Source: a virus
Taxonomy: Duplodnaviria > Caudoviricetes
Virus record (IMG/VR): IMGVR_UViG_3300014208_000093
Span: 1 to 33,871 of that record
Length of the DNA stretch: 33,871 nt
Strand: one strand, 5' to 3'
Position numbers and translations under genes: made by a program. A model generated the notes under the pieces. The model saw only the letters and a list, made by a program, of their open reading frames with translations, was not told the origin of the DNA and did not search any database. How positions within the stretch are numbered: position 1 is the first letter of the stretch; each line of letters starts with the position of its first letter. Of the stretch, positions 9,604 through 19,203 are shown piece by piece.

Positions 9604-10692
9604 ATGCCTGAAAATATGGATTTTGTAGGTAATGGAAAAGGGCAAGGGGAAGTTGCACAACTTTTGCTTACGCAAGGTCGTTTGGATCCTAGTGGGATGA
9701 GACCTTTTCTTGGCGAAGATGGTAAAGCTTATGTATCGGTTTATATTGGTGGAGATAGAAATAAACCTACCAGTTATCGTAACCGTGAAATTAATGTAAA
9801 CGCTACCACCTTACGGAGGGATGAATGGAAACAGTTAGATGAAGCCGTTATCCCGATTGCAGAGAGTAGACTAAATGGTATCCAGGATTTGATCAGCAAT
9901 GGTCTTACCTATAATCTTGGAAATGCCATGGGTACTACTGTTCTTGAGCAGCATGATATTTCCGATGCTATGGAAGCTGCCCTTACTATGGATGGAGTAA
10001 CCAGAAGTCCTGGTGATCGTCCAGTTTATGGAGTTACTTATTTGCCGATCCCGATTATCCACGTGGATTATGAAATTAATGCAAGGGTACTTGCTGCTAG
10101 TCGTAACATGGGTAATCCTCTGGATACAACTTCAGCGGAACGTGCTGCAAGAAAAGTAGCTGAGAAATTGGAAGCTATGTTGTTCACCAATACGACCTAT
10201 CCTTGGGGTGGAGGTACTATTTTTAGTTACCTTAATTACACTCATAGGAATCAGGTTACTTTGGATACGAAATGGACTACTTCCGGTGTAACTGGAGCTA
10301 CCATTGTAGATGATATCCGTACCATGAAGCAAGCTAGTCTTGACGCTCATTTCTATGGCCCTTGGATGCTTTATGTTCCTTCTGCTTATGAAACTTTGTT
10401 GGATGATGACTATACCACCGGTTATCCGAAAACTATTCGTGCAAGGATTCTTGAAATCGCAGGTATTAAAGGTATCAAAGTTATCGACACTTTGACCGCT
10501 GATAATATTCTGATGGTTCAGATGACTTCCGATGTAGTACGTCTGGTAAGGGGTATGGGTATTCAGAATATCGAATGGCAGACTGAAGGTAAATTCATTA
10601 CCAAGTATAAAGTCATTACTATCCAGGTTCCACAACTTCGTGCGGATCAGGACGGCCACTGCGGCATAGTTCATGCGACGTTCACGGCATAG
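9604..10692 (+). CDS. major capsid protein (HK97 fold, linocin/encapsulin-like family)
   Basis: TLRRDEWKQLDEAV, LPIPIIHVDY.I.AR.LAASR and LDTT....AARKVAE motifs. Strong RBS. Canonical position. Confidence 0.9.
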   Translation: MPENMDFVGNGKGQGEVAQLLLTQGRLDPSGMRPFLGEDGKAYVSVYIGGDRNKPTSYRNREINVNATTLRRDEWKQLDEAVIPIAESRLNGIQDLISNGLTYNLGNAMGTTVLEQHDISDAMEAALTMDGVTRSPGDRPVYGVTYLPIPIIHVDYEINARVLAASRNMGNPLDTTSAERAARKVAEKLEAMLFTNTTYPWGGGTIFSYLNYTHRNQVTLDTKWTTSGVTGATIVDDIRTMKQASLDAHFYGPWMLYVPSAYETLLDDDYTTGYPKTIRARILEIAGIKGIKVIDTLTADNILMVQMTSDVVRLVRGMGIQNIEWQTEGKFITKYKVITIQVPQLRADQDGHCGIVHATFTA

Positions 10693-10756
10693 AATTTTTA
10701 ATCGAACACTAATCATGTGTTTTTAATTTAATTTTTTAATCATAAAAACAATAGTC

Positions 10757-11236
10757 ATGGAACGTAAAAAAGTATCAACCAAACCTGTTGTAGTTCCCGC
10801 AGCAGTCATTCCAGAACCGAAACCTACTGTAATTCCTTCTGTAGTTATTCCAGAACCGGAACCTGTTATAGTTCCTTTAGCACCAGTTGTAGAACCTGAA
10901 CCTATAAAGAAATTGAGATGGAAAAAAATAGGAGGAGGTTCTCTTAGATTATTTCATAAAATAATTAAACCCAATGAAATATTCTATGCTCATGAATCTG
11001 AAATTCCAAAATCCTTTATGGATACCATTATATGTATGGAGGATGTAGAGGTTCGTGAAATAGCCAAACGAAAAGAAGAAGCCATACCGCCTAAAACTCC
11101 TGAAAAGTTATATGAAGTAAAACTGAAAAGCGTTGGTTGGTATAACGTGATTCAGATAGCCTCTGGAAAACCCATAAATCCAGAAGCTTTAAGAAAAACC
11201 GAAGCAGAAACTTTATGTAGCTCTTTAAACCTATAA
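10757..11236 (+). CDS. hypothetical virion-associated protein with Pro/Val-rich N-terminus
   Basis: VIPEP repeats and a C-terminal GWYNV...N..ALRK.EA segment. Follows the capsid gene. Confidence 0.75.
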   Translation: MERKKVSTKPVVVPAAVIPEPKPTVIPSVVIPEPEPVIVPLAPVVEPEPIKKLRWKKIGGGSLRLFHKIIKPNEIFYAHESEIPKSFMDTIICMEDVEVREIAKRKEEAIPPKTPEKLYEVKLKSVGWYNVIQIASGKPINPEALRKTEAETLCSSLNL

Positions 11237-11240
11237 GTTT

Positions 11241-11924
11241 ATGCTTTGGAAGATACCTCAGATTTGGAAAGGGGGTACTTGCATTATAATAGGGGGAGGT
11301 TCTTCATTAACTAAACAATTTGATATTCCTGATACTTTAGTGTCAGAAGTATATTCAGGAAAACAAACTCCTATTGCATATTCTCCGTATATGTCTAGTA
11401 TTCATTCGCAGCATATAATTGCGGTGAATATGGCGTATAAATTAGGTAATTGGATAGATGTCTTGTTTTTTGGAGATGTCGGTTTTGTTGAAAAGACAAA
11501 AAAGGACTTATTCAATTTTAGTGGTCTAAGAATCACTTGCGGGGAAACCAAAGTAGATTACAATGGACGGTTAAAGTTGATAGAAAAAGACAGATCCAAA
11601 AAGCAAGGCATTTCCACTTATCCCACTTCAGTAGCTTGGAATCATAATAGCGGAGGGGCTGCTATTAATTTAGCTTATCATTTCGGGGTTAAGAGAATAA
11701 TATTGTTAGGGTTTGATATGAAATTAGATTCTAACAACAATCAGCATTGGCATAAGTATTATTCAGGAAATCTTAGAACTGTTGGAGCGGCTATGAATAC
11801 TCATTTACGGGGTTTTCCTCAAATAGCAAAAGATTTGGAAGGGAAGGTAGAAGTTTTGAATGCCTGTCCGGATAGTAAGATAGACGTTTTTCCCAAAATG
11901 AACTTTAAGGATATTGTATTATGA
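11241..11924 (+). CDS. DUF115/Maf-like putative glycosyltransferase
   Basis: IIGGGSSL, IAVN.AY, LFFGD, NSGGAAINLAYHFG.KRIILLGFDM and HWH motifs. Confidence 0.7.
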   Translation: MLWKIPQIWKGGTCIIIGGGSSLTKQFDIPDTLVSEVYSGKQTPIAYSPYMSSIHSQHIIAVNMAYKLGNWIDVLFFGDVGFVEKTKKDLFNFSGLRITCGETKVDYNGRLKLIEKDRSKKQGISTYPTSVAWNHNSGGAAINLAYHFGVKRIILLGFDMKLDSNNNQHWHKYYSGNLRTVGAAMNTHLRGFPQIAKDLEGKVEVLNACPDSKIDVFPKMNFKDIVL

Positions 11925-12568
11925 TTATACAAGATACCTGGGATTGGAAAACTCATCAACCAATAGTGGAGTTGATGTTGTCTGAATTTCATCCTGAATT
12001 AATATTAGAATTGGGTATGGGTTTTAATTCTACTCCTTTATTCATTGAATACAATCCAAAAGAATTAATTTGTATAGAAAATGATAAGGATTGGTTAAAG
12101 ACTATGCTTGCTACTTTTAAATTTAAGGAAAATCACAAGGTAATATTTCACGATACTCCTGATGAGTCTAGGGCTTCGATAAATAACCATATAAACAATT
12201 TTAATTATTATGTGGAATTAAGGGATGAAATTGTTTGTAAAGAAAAGTCTATTAAATTATTGTTTGTAGATAATTATGCTTGTTTACGTTTATTAGCTAT
12301 TACTATACTGGGAGATTCTTTTGATATAATAATTCATCATGATAGTCAACCAGGAGGTAGCGTATCATATAGCGAGTATTTTAAGAATTTTAGAGAAACC
12401 TATGATTGTTATTTATTAAAAACTTCTAAAAATTGGACTTCTTGTTTAATTAGTAAACAGTTAGAATATAATCAAAATCAGATATGTGAAAAGTTGGCTT
12501 TAATCATATCTAAATTTTGTTTTGATAATGGATTAGTTCCTGGAGAAATGTATTTAGAAAAACAGTAA
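11921..12568 (+). CDS. class I SAM-dependent methyltransferase-like protein
   Basis: ILELGMG..ST, CIEND..W, LLFVD and IIHHD motifs. ATGA overlap with the previous gene. Confidence 0.7.
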   Translation: MIIQDTWDWKTHQPIVELMLSEFHPELILELGMGFNSTPLFIEYNPKELICIENDKDWLKTMLATFKFKENHKVIFHDTPDESRASINNHINNFNYYVELRDEIVCKEKSIKLLFVDNYACLRLLAITILGDSFDIIIHHDSQPGGSVSYSEYFKNFRETYDCYLLKTSKNWTSCLISKQLEYNQNQICEKLALIISKFCFDNGLVPGEMYLEKQ

Positions 12569-12569
12569 A

Positions 12570-14960
12570 ATGGAAACCTTGCCAAAAATAAGTTTAGTAA
12601 TGTCTTGTTTTTCTAGAGTAGAATTACTAAAACACGGACTTCGTTCAATAATAAAGAATAAACCAGATTTTCCTTTAGAAATAGTAGTGGTTAATGATGG
12701 TTTAGAAAATGATGGAACTAAGGAAGTATGTGATATTTTTGGAATGGTGTTAAATATAAAATATGTTTTTACTGGTCAACGACATGTTTTTGAACTAATA
12801 AAAAAGTGCCCTTCTATTCCAAATAATGTAGCTATTAAACAGGCTACTGGAGATATAGTAATATTGACTTGTCCGGAAATACTCCATCTTAATAATGCTA
12901 TTTCTTTATTAATCCAACCTTTATTAGAAAATAAAAAAATATTATCTATTCCTGAATATATGTTTTTCGATGACAAGGGTACATATACCAAGTTTTTAAA
13001 TAAACAACATGTAGTACCTACCAGATTTTTAAATAGTCATCTGGAGCATGTTAGAATGCCTTTTTTTATGGGGGTTTGGAAATCAGAAATAGAAGCTATT
13101 AGAGGTTACGATGAAGATTTTACAGATGGATATGCTTCGGAAGATAATGATTTTGTAGATCGTTTAGTAAAGAATGGTTGTACCTATTTTAGAACCTCGG
13201 CTCTTGTTGTTCATTTATTTCACGGGTCTCATTGTTCGGGACACGTTCAATTTGATAATCCAGCCTGGGTACGGAATAAGGAGTTATATAATGCTCGCAA
13301 AGAACAGATAGTTAGAAACGTAGGTAAAGAATGGGGAGTTATTCCTGAACAAGTATCTACGGAAATTCCAAAAATAGATATTCCAATCGTTCCAAAAGAA
13401 GAACCAATTTCTTCTCCAGAAGGTATAGAATTACAGGATGATTCTCTTGAAATAATTTTTACAGATATTTACAATAGTGACAAATGGGGATCGAAAGAAA
13501 CTCCATCTGGTACTGGTTCTGAATTGAGGGCTACAAAAAATATCAGAAAAGAAATTCCAAAGTTATTTAAAGAATTAGAAATTAAGCGAGTATTGGATGT
13601 AGGTTGCGGCAATGTTAATTGGATGCGTCATTTATTTTCTAATTTTGAATTTTATTTGGGCATAGACGTAGTGGAGGATTTGATAACGAGGAATAGAAAA
13701 GAATTTGGAACTAAGAATATTCAATTTCAACAAGCTATTATAACGGAAAGATTGTTCAATCCATACGAAGATTTGATGCCTTATGAATTTGATTGTGTAG
13801 TGTTAAATGATGTTTTAGTTCATTTATCATTTAGCGATATTTATATAATTTTAGAGAAGTTAAAGAAAAGCAAGATAAAATATATATTAACCACCCATTT
13901 TTCAGCTTGTGCAAAGAATGAAGATATTTCTTCAGGTAGATGGCGTCCTTTGAATTTAAACAAATTTCCATTTGATTTTCCTAGTCCATTGTCGACAATA
14001 GATAATACGGATGAAATGACTTTGAATAAGACTAGCAGTAGAAAAAAACAAAGGGGGTTAAGCAAGTCTTTAAGTTTGTGGAATTTACAGGAGTTGCCAG
14101 TAGTTAATGGTATTCCTAAAATAGTTCATTTATACTGGGATAAAAGTCCAATGGCATGGTTGCAAACACAAACAGTAGTAACTTTCCATAAACAGAATCC
14201 TGATTGGCAAATAAAAGTACATGTTCCAATACAACCATATGTTGTTCCTAATGGGAAATATGTTCCTGATTATACGGGTAAAGATTATTTTCATATAGTT
14301 AAATCTTTACCTTATGTAGATATAGTAGAAATGGATGTTGTTAAATATGGAATTGATCCTAAATTACATAATATTTTACAATCTGATATTTTTAGATATT
14401 TGATGTTATATGAAGTAGGAGGGGTTTGGTCTGATTTTGATGTTCTTTGGATTCGTCCAATATCGAATATTTACAAAGTAAAAACAAAAGGAATTATACC
14501 TACTTCTGAAATGGGAACCTTTATTTGTAAATGTGAGGCAAAAGATAATTTTCATAGTATTGGTGTGTTAATGACTAAACCAGGGCATCCTTTTTATAAA
14601 ACAATTATAGATAAGTGTTTTGCCATACAGGAATATTATAAAGATCGGGAAAAGTTACACCATCAAAGTTTTGGTACAGATATATTTGATAAATTGTATC
14701 CTACTTTTGAATATATCAGTAAAATATTTCCAGATGTTGTAAAAATGCCTTATAAGACTTTTTATCCTTATTCTATATTTAATTTGGAACTATTATATAA
14801 AGAGGATAGATTAGATTTGATAGAAGATGAAAATGTTTTATGCGTACATTGGTTTAATGGACACCGGTTTAGTAAGAATTATATAAATTCAGAAACAAAT
14901 ATTAATCCGCAATGCACAATGTCTAAAATTATAACATTAATTGAGAAGGGTGAATTATGA
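12570..14960 (+). CDS. multidomain GT2-like glycosyltransferase / SAM methyltransferase / GT32-like glycosyltransferase
   Basis: N-terminal IVVVNDG...GYDEDF..GYASEDNDF. Middle FTDIY....WG...SGTGS...VLDVGCG. C-terminal IPKIVHLYW...SDIFRY..LYEVGGVWSDFD. Confidence 0.88.
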   Translation: METLPKISLVMSCFSRVELLKHGLRSIIKNKPDFPLEIVVVNDGLENDGTKEVCDIFGMVLNIKYVFTGQRHVFELIKKCPSIPNNVAIKQATGDIVILTCPEILHLNNAISLLIQPLLENKKILSIPEYMFFDDKGTYTKFLNKQHVVPTRFLNSHLEHVRMPFFMGVWKSEIEAIRGYDEDFTDGYASEDNDFVDRLVKNGCTYFRTSALVVHLFHGSHCSGHVQFDNPAWVRNKELYNARKEQIVRNVGKEWGVIPEQVSTEIPKIDIPIVPKEEPISSPEGIELQDDSLEIIFTDIYNSDKWGSKETPSGTGSELRATKNIRKEIPKLFKELEIKRVLDVGCGNVNWMRHLFSNFEFYLGIDVVEDLITRNRKEFGTKNIQFQQAIITERLFNPYEDLMPYEFDCVVLNDVLVHLSFSDIYIILEKLKKSKIKYILTTHFSACAKNEDISSGRWRPLNLNKFPFDFPSPLSTIDNTDEMTLNKTSSRKKQRGLSKSLSLWNLQELPVVNGIPKIVHLYWDKSPMAWLQTQTVVTFHKQNPDWQIKVHVPIQPYVVPNGKYVPDYTGKDYFHIVKSLPYVDIVEMDVVKYGIDPKLHNILQSDIFRYLMLYEVGGVWSDFDVLWIRPISNIYKVKTKGIIPTSEMGTFICKCEAKDNFHSIGVLMTKPGHPFYKTIIDKCFAIQEYYKDREKLHHQSFGTDIFDKLYPTFEYISKIFPDVVKMPYKTFYPYSIFNLELLYKEDRLDLIEDENVLCVHWFNGHRFSKNYINSETNINPQCTMSKIITLIEKGEL

Positions 14961-16087
14961 AAATTTTAACCATTACTGGAACACGACCGGAACTCATAAG
15001 ACTTTCGGTAATTCTTGCTAAGTTAGATGCTTTGTTAGGGGAAGATCACGTACATGTGTATACTAACCAAAACTATGATCCTAATCTCAGTACCATTTTT
15101 CTTAGGGATTTGAGAATTAAAAAACCTAAATATACTTTTGGTAAAACCAATGGAATAGGTCAATTTTTGGGTATGGGTTTTACTGAATTTAATATTATTC
15201 TAGATGTAGAGAAACCAGATAAGATTTTGGTGTTAGGAGATACGAATTCAGTATTGTTTGCTATCCTGGCTGCCAAGCGAGGTATTCCGATTTATCATAT
15301 GGAAGCGGGTAATAGATGTTATGATGGAGCCGTACCTGAAGAAACTAATCGGAGAGTAATTGATGCTTGTTCATTATTTAATTTACCCTATACAAAGAAT
15401 TCAAAAGAGAATCTAATCAATGAAGGGTTTTCTAAAAACTTTGTATTTCAAACAGGAAATCCAATTAAAGAAGTTTTACAATATTATGAAAAGGATATAG
15501 CTAATAGTGACATTCTTGTTCGCCTGGGTTTAGCTCCGTACACCATGGATGCTTTTGCTAAGTTTGCTCTATTGTCTTTTCATCGTACAGAAAATGTAGA
15601 TACCAAGTCCGTAGCAAAGAATGTAGTGGAAGCTATAAATCAGATAGCAGAAGAAGGTAAGATGAAAGTAGTATTTCCATTTCATCCTAGAACTAAAGAT
15701 CAATTCGCTAAACATGGTTTATCGTTTTCAGATAGGGTAATGTGCATAGATCCAATAGGATTCTTTGACTTTGTACGACTAGAACAATTTGCCCATGTAG
15801 TGATTACTGATTCAGGAACAGTACCAGAAGAAACGGCTTTGTTTGGTAAACCCTGTATAGTTTTGAGAAATACTACTGAGCGTCAAGAATTGATGGAAAC
15901 TGGTAGTTGGATTCTAGCGGGTACGAATAAGGACGATATTGTACGAGCCTTCCGATCTATTGACGAAATGCGCCAGGTTTGGCCAGTTTTAGATGACTAT
16001 TCTAAGGTTAATGTATCCGATACTGTAATAAGGATTTTAATGGGTCAAAAGTGGTCTATAACGAGAAAAGGGCATGACGAATATTAA
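14957..16087 (+). CDS. non-hydrolysing UDP-N-acetylhexosamine 2-epimerase (WecB family, FnlC/WbjD/Cap5G-like)
   Basis: GTRPELIRLS, QNYD, LVLGDTNS, HMEAGNRC.D..VPEE.NRR, ITDSGTV.EE and TERQE motifs. Confidence 0.9.
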   Translation: MKILTITGTRPELIRLSVILAKLDALLGEDHVHVYTNQNYDPNLSTIFLRDLRIKKPKYTFGKTNGIGQFLGMGFTEFNIILDVEKPDKILVLGDTNSVLFAILAAKRGIPIYHMEAGNRCYDGAVPEETNRRVIDACSLFNLPYTKNSKENLINEGFSKNFVFQTGNPIKEVLQYYEKDIANSDILVRLGLAPYTMDAFAKFALLSFHRTENVDTKSVAKNVVEAINQIAEEGKMKVVFPFHPRTKDQFAKHGLSFSDRVMCIDPIGFFDFVRLEQFAHVVITDSGTVPEETALFGKPCIVLRNTTERQELMETGSWILAGTNKDDIVRAFRSIDEMRQVWPVLDDYSKVNVSDTVIRILMGQKWSITRKGHDEY

Positions 16088-16098
16088 ATCTAATCAAG

Positions 16099-17157
16099 AT
16101 GTTTGAAATAACTGGTGGATACCCAAAACAAGTAGAATATTTCAAGGATTCTACAATTTGCATAACTGGCGGATCGGGCTCATGGGGTCAAGAACTTACT
16201 CGACAATTGTTGGAACCGAAACCCCTGTATCATATTCCTAAGAAAATCATAATCTTTTCTAGGGGCGAAATTTCTCAAGTAGCGATGCAGAGAAAATTCA
16301 ATGATAAACGGATTGAATATGTAATTGGGGATATTAGAGATGCTCAGGCAGTAGATGCAGTGGTAAGTAGAGGAGTTGACTATATATTTCATCTAGCAGC
16401 GTTGAAGCACGTTCCTATTTGTGAAAATCAACCTAATGAAGCTATTAAGACAAATATCATAGGAACCCAAAACATAATCGAAGCGGCTCTCAAATACAAA
16501 GTCAAGAAACTAATTGACGTATCTACCGATAAGGCAGTAGATCCAATTAATGTTTATGGAATGACGAAGGGAGTAGGGGAAAGATTGGTTATACAAGCAA
16601 ATTGTCTTACTAAAGATACTGATTTTCTTTGTATTCGTGGAGGAAATGTACTTGGTACTAATGGTAGCCTGGTTCCTATGTTGATAAATCAAATAAAAAC
16701 CAATAATAGGATTACAATAACCGATGCTGAAATGACCCGATACTTTTTAACTTTGAAAAAAGCTATTGAGTTGTTATTTTTTGCTACCTGTGAAGGCCAG
16801 GGCGGAGAAATTTATGTTATGAATATGCCTAGCTTCCATATAATGGATTTAGCAAATATCTTGATAGAATATTATGGAAACAAAGGAACTCGAATAGATA
16901 CCATTGGAAGTAGAGAAGGAGAAAAGTTACATGAAACTTTAATTTCCCATCATGAAGTTTCTAGAACTAGTTTGGTAAACGCTAATTACCATGTTATCTA
17001 TCCTAAATTGAATACAGGCCGTAACAATTTTCATATTTGGGATCATTTAGACTTTGCTTCTCCTGTAAGTTTGAAAAGCTCTTTTACTTCTCAGGATAAT
17101 TTGAAAGATAAAGATTATTTGGAAGGGTTGTTGAAAGAAGGAGGATTTTTATGCTGA
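16099..17157 (+). CDS. UDP-GlcNAc 4,6-dehydratase (FnlA/WbjB/PseB-like SDR)
   Basis: TGGSGSWG, GDIRD, HLAALKHVP.CE, STDKAVDP.N.YG.TK, GNVLG..GS and GEKLHE motifs. Confidence 0.9.
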   Translation: MFEITGGYPKQVEYFKDSTICITGGSGSWGQELTRQLLEPKPLYHIPKKIIIFSRGEISQVAMQRKFNDKRIEYVIGDIRDAQAVDAVVSRGVDYIFHLAALKHVPICENQPNEAIKTNIIGTQNIIEAALKYKVKKLIDVSTDKAVDPINVYGMTKGVGERLVIQANCLTKDTDFLCIRGGNVLGTNGSLVPMLINQIKTNNRITITDAEMTRYFLTLKKAIELLFFATCEGQGGEIYVMNMPSFHIMDLANILIEYYGNKGTRIDTIGSREGEKLHETLISHHEVSRTSLVNANYHVIYPKLNTGRNNFHIWDHLDFASPVSLKSSFTSQDNLKDKDYLEGLLKEGGFLC

Positions 17158-17930
17158 GCATGGTTATGGCATATTACAATCGTAGGCAATTATTGCTTAA
17201 TACCTTAAAGTCTATTGAACGATCTTTTGTAAAGGATATTGAATTAATAATAGTTGATGATAATAGTAGGGAGGAAGAACGAATTGAAGATTTAGTGGAA
17301 ATTTATCCTTTCATAAAAGTTATTCGGGTTGAGAAAAAGGATAAATGGTATATCAATACCTGTATGCCTATGAATAGGGGTATTGCGGAGGCTAAAGGAG
17401 ATATTATTGTTTTGCAGAATCCTGAGTGCGTTCATGTCCAAGATGTTCTATTATATATTGTTGAAAATCTAACGGATCAAAATTATCTTTCCATTTCTAC
17501 TTATGCTTTTAATGAAGCTAAGAGGGGAGAATTGCCCAATATGTTACTTCATTTTGATAAGTATCCTCAACAACGATTTATGATGGATCTAGGATGGTAT
17601 AATCATCCGGTATATCGGCCAGTGTATTTTAATTTTTGTGCTGCTTTGACCCGTAAGAATATGGATTTGTTAGGAGGGTTTGATGAAAGATACGCCATGG
17701 GATTAGCTAGGGATGATGCAGAATTTGTAGATAGAATTGGTAGGTTGGGTTTACAAAAGATTATTCCTACGGAGGTATCTGTAATCCACCAATGGCATTC
17801 TAAAGTAGAGCATTTTCATGAGGGGGTTTATCCTCATAGAATACGGCAAAATATATCTGTATATAAACATTTTACCAGTAAGGAACAGGATATTTTTAAA
17901 AAGAATAGTTATGTTACCCGAACAATTTAA
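17151..17930 (+). CDS. GT2-family glycosyltransferase
   Basis: YYNR..LL..TL.S, LIIVDDNS, GGFDERYA.G...DD.EF and HQWH motifs. Confidence 0.88.
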   Translation: MLSMVMAYYNRRQLLLNTLKSIERSFVKDIELIIVDDNSREEERIEDLVEIYPFIKVIRVEKKDKWYINTCMPMNRGIAEAKGDIIVLQNPECVHVQDVLLYIVENLTDQNYLSISTYAFNEAKRGELPNMLLHFDKYPQQRFMMDLGWYNHPVYRPVYFNFCAALTRKNMDLLGGFDERYAMGLARDDAEFVDRIGRLGLQKIIPTEVSVIHQWHSKVEHFHEGVYPHRIRQNISVYKHFTSKEQDIFKKNSYVTRTI

Positions 17931-19203
17931 CACGGTTGTTTTAGTCTTGAAAACTGGAGGAGATTTTAATTTTCAAGATGTAGATATACTTTCTTATCAT
18001 TTACATTACCATTATCGGGGAATAAAACCTTTGAGGGTATTTTGTTTATATGATGGAGTAAATGTCGTTTGGGAATTACGAAATTGCACGGTACTTCCTA
18101 TGTTCTATAAAGAATGGAAGGGTTGGTGGAGTAAGATGAATTTGTTCAGTCCTGAAATGGAAATATATCGACCTTTTCTATATTTGGATTTGGATACGGT
18201 GGTGGTTAAGGATATTTCAGACTTGTTTGACAGAAGCAATGAAATAATTACTTTAGAGGATTTCAATATTAGAAATAAATCTGCTTCAGGCATGATATGG
18301 ATACCTGCTAAAAATCCAATAGTATCTGGTATTTGGGAGAGTTGGATAAAATCTTTTAAAAAACATATATTAAAATATCGAGGTGATCAGGATTTTATTC
18401 GTACTTTTATAACAATTAATAATTTTTGGCAATCCTTAACTACGAAAATATGCAGTTTCAAAATGAGAAAAGGAAACAAAGGTTGGTTAATGGAGATTCC
18501 AGATTCGATTGCTGTAGTATGTTTTCATGGACATCCTAGAGTACGAGAAGCCTCAAAATCCGTACCTTGGATAATGGATTATGTTCAGGAAAAATCTAAG
18601 CATCCCAAAGTAACTGTCATTATTCCCTATAAAATAAATCGTGGTTGGTTGATGGAAGCTATCAATAGTGTTCCTGAATGGTCTCAGGTTATTGTTAGCC
18701 AGGGAGAAGGTACTTGGCCTCAAAATTTTAATAAAGCTTTATCCCATACTTTAGGAGATTATGTTAAATTTTTACACGAAGATGATGAATTAACGGAAAA
18801 TAGTCTTGAAGATTCTGTTAAAGCTATTGAAGAACAGGGAGTGGATTTTATTCATGGTAAAGCATTAAGTATATCCGAAAGCGGAGAAGTAATAGAAGCC
18901 TATCAACCTCCACTGGAAGTTACTTATGAGCAGTTGAAAGAAAGTAATCCTTTACATGGCGGTTCTTTATTGTTTAAAAAAGAAATATTTGATAAGATAG
19001 GTGGATTCGATGAAACTTTAAATCATGCAGAAGAGTATGAATTTAATTTAAGATGTATGTATTACGGGTATCGTCTTGGATATTGTGATTCTTTTTTATA
19101 CAAGTATAGAAGGCACTCTGGTCAAAAATCAAATATAGATGTTGTAGAAATGGAAAGATTAGGAAAAGAAATATCAGATGGTTATAAATATAAAGCTTTA
19201 TGA
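17911..19203 (+). CDS. two-domain glycosyltransferase (GT8-like N-terminus, GT2-like C-terminus)
   Basis: WWSKMNLF, LYLDLDTV, GDQDFI and VCFHGHP, then VTVIIP, FLHEDD, GGFDE.L..AEEYEF and YRRH..Q. The ATG at 17911 is preferred over 17818 because it gives a smaller overlap. Confidence 0.85.
   Translation: MLPEQFNTVVLVLKTGGDFNFQDVDILSYHLHYHYRGIKPLRVFCLYDGVNVVWELRNCTVLPMFYKEWKGWWSKMNLFSPEMEIYRPFLYLDLDTVVVKDISDLFDRSNEIITLEDFNIRNKSASGMIWIPAKNPIVSGIWESWIKSFKKHILKYRGDQDFIRTFITINNFWQSLTTKICSFKMRKGNKGWLMEIPDSIAVVCFHGHPRVREASKSVPWIMDYVQEKSKHPKVTVIIPYKINRGWLMEAINSVPEWSQVIVSQGEGTWPQNFNKALSHTLGDYVKFLHEDDELTENSLEDSVKAIEEQGVDFIHGKALSISESGEVIEAYQPPLEVTYEQLKESNPLHGGSLLFKKEIFDKIGGFDETLNHAEEYEFNLRCMYYGYRLGYCDSFLYKYRRHSGQKSNIDVVEMERLGKEISDGYKYKAL

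Noticed and set aside
9604-10692. Encapsulin nanocompartment or bacteriocin
   Set aside because: The terminase, portal, protease and tail context shows it is the phage major capsid protein.
17818-17910. Longer N-terminus for the GT8/GT2 gene
   Set aside because: It would overlap the upstream glycosyltransferase by 113 bp. The ATG at 17911 is more plausible.
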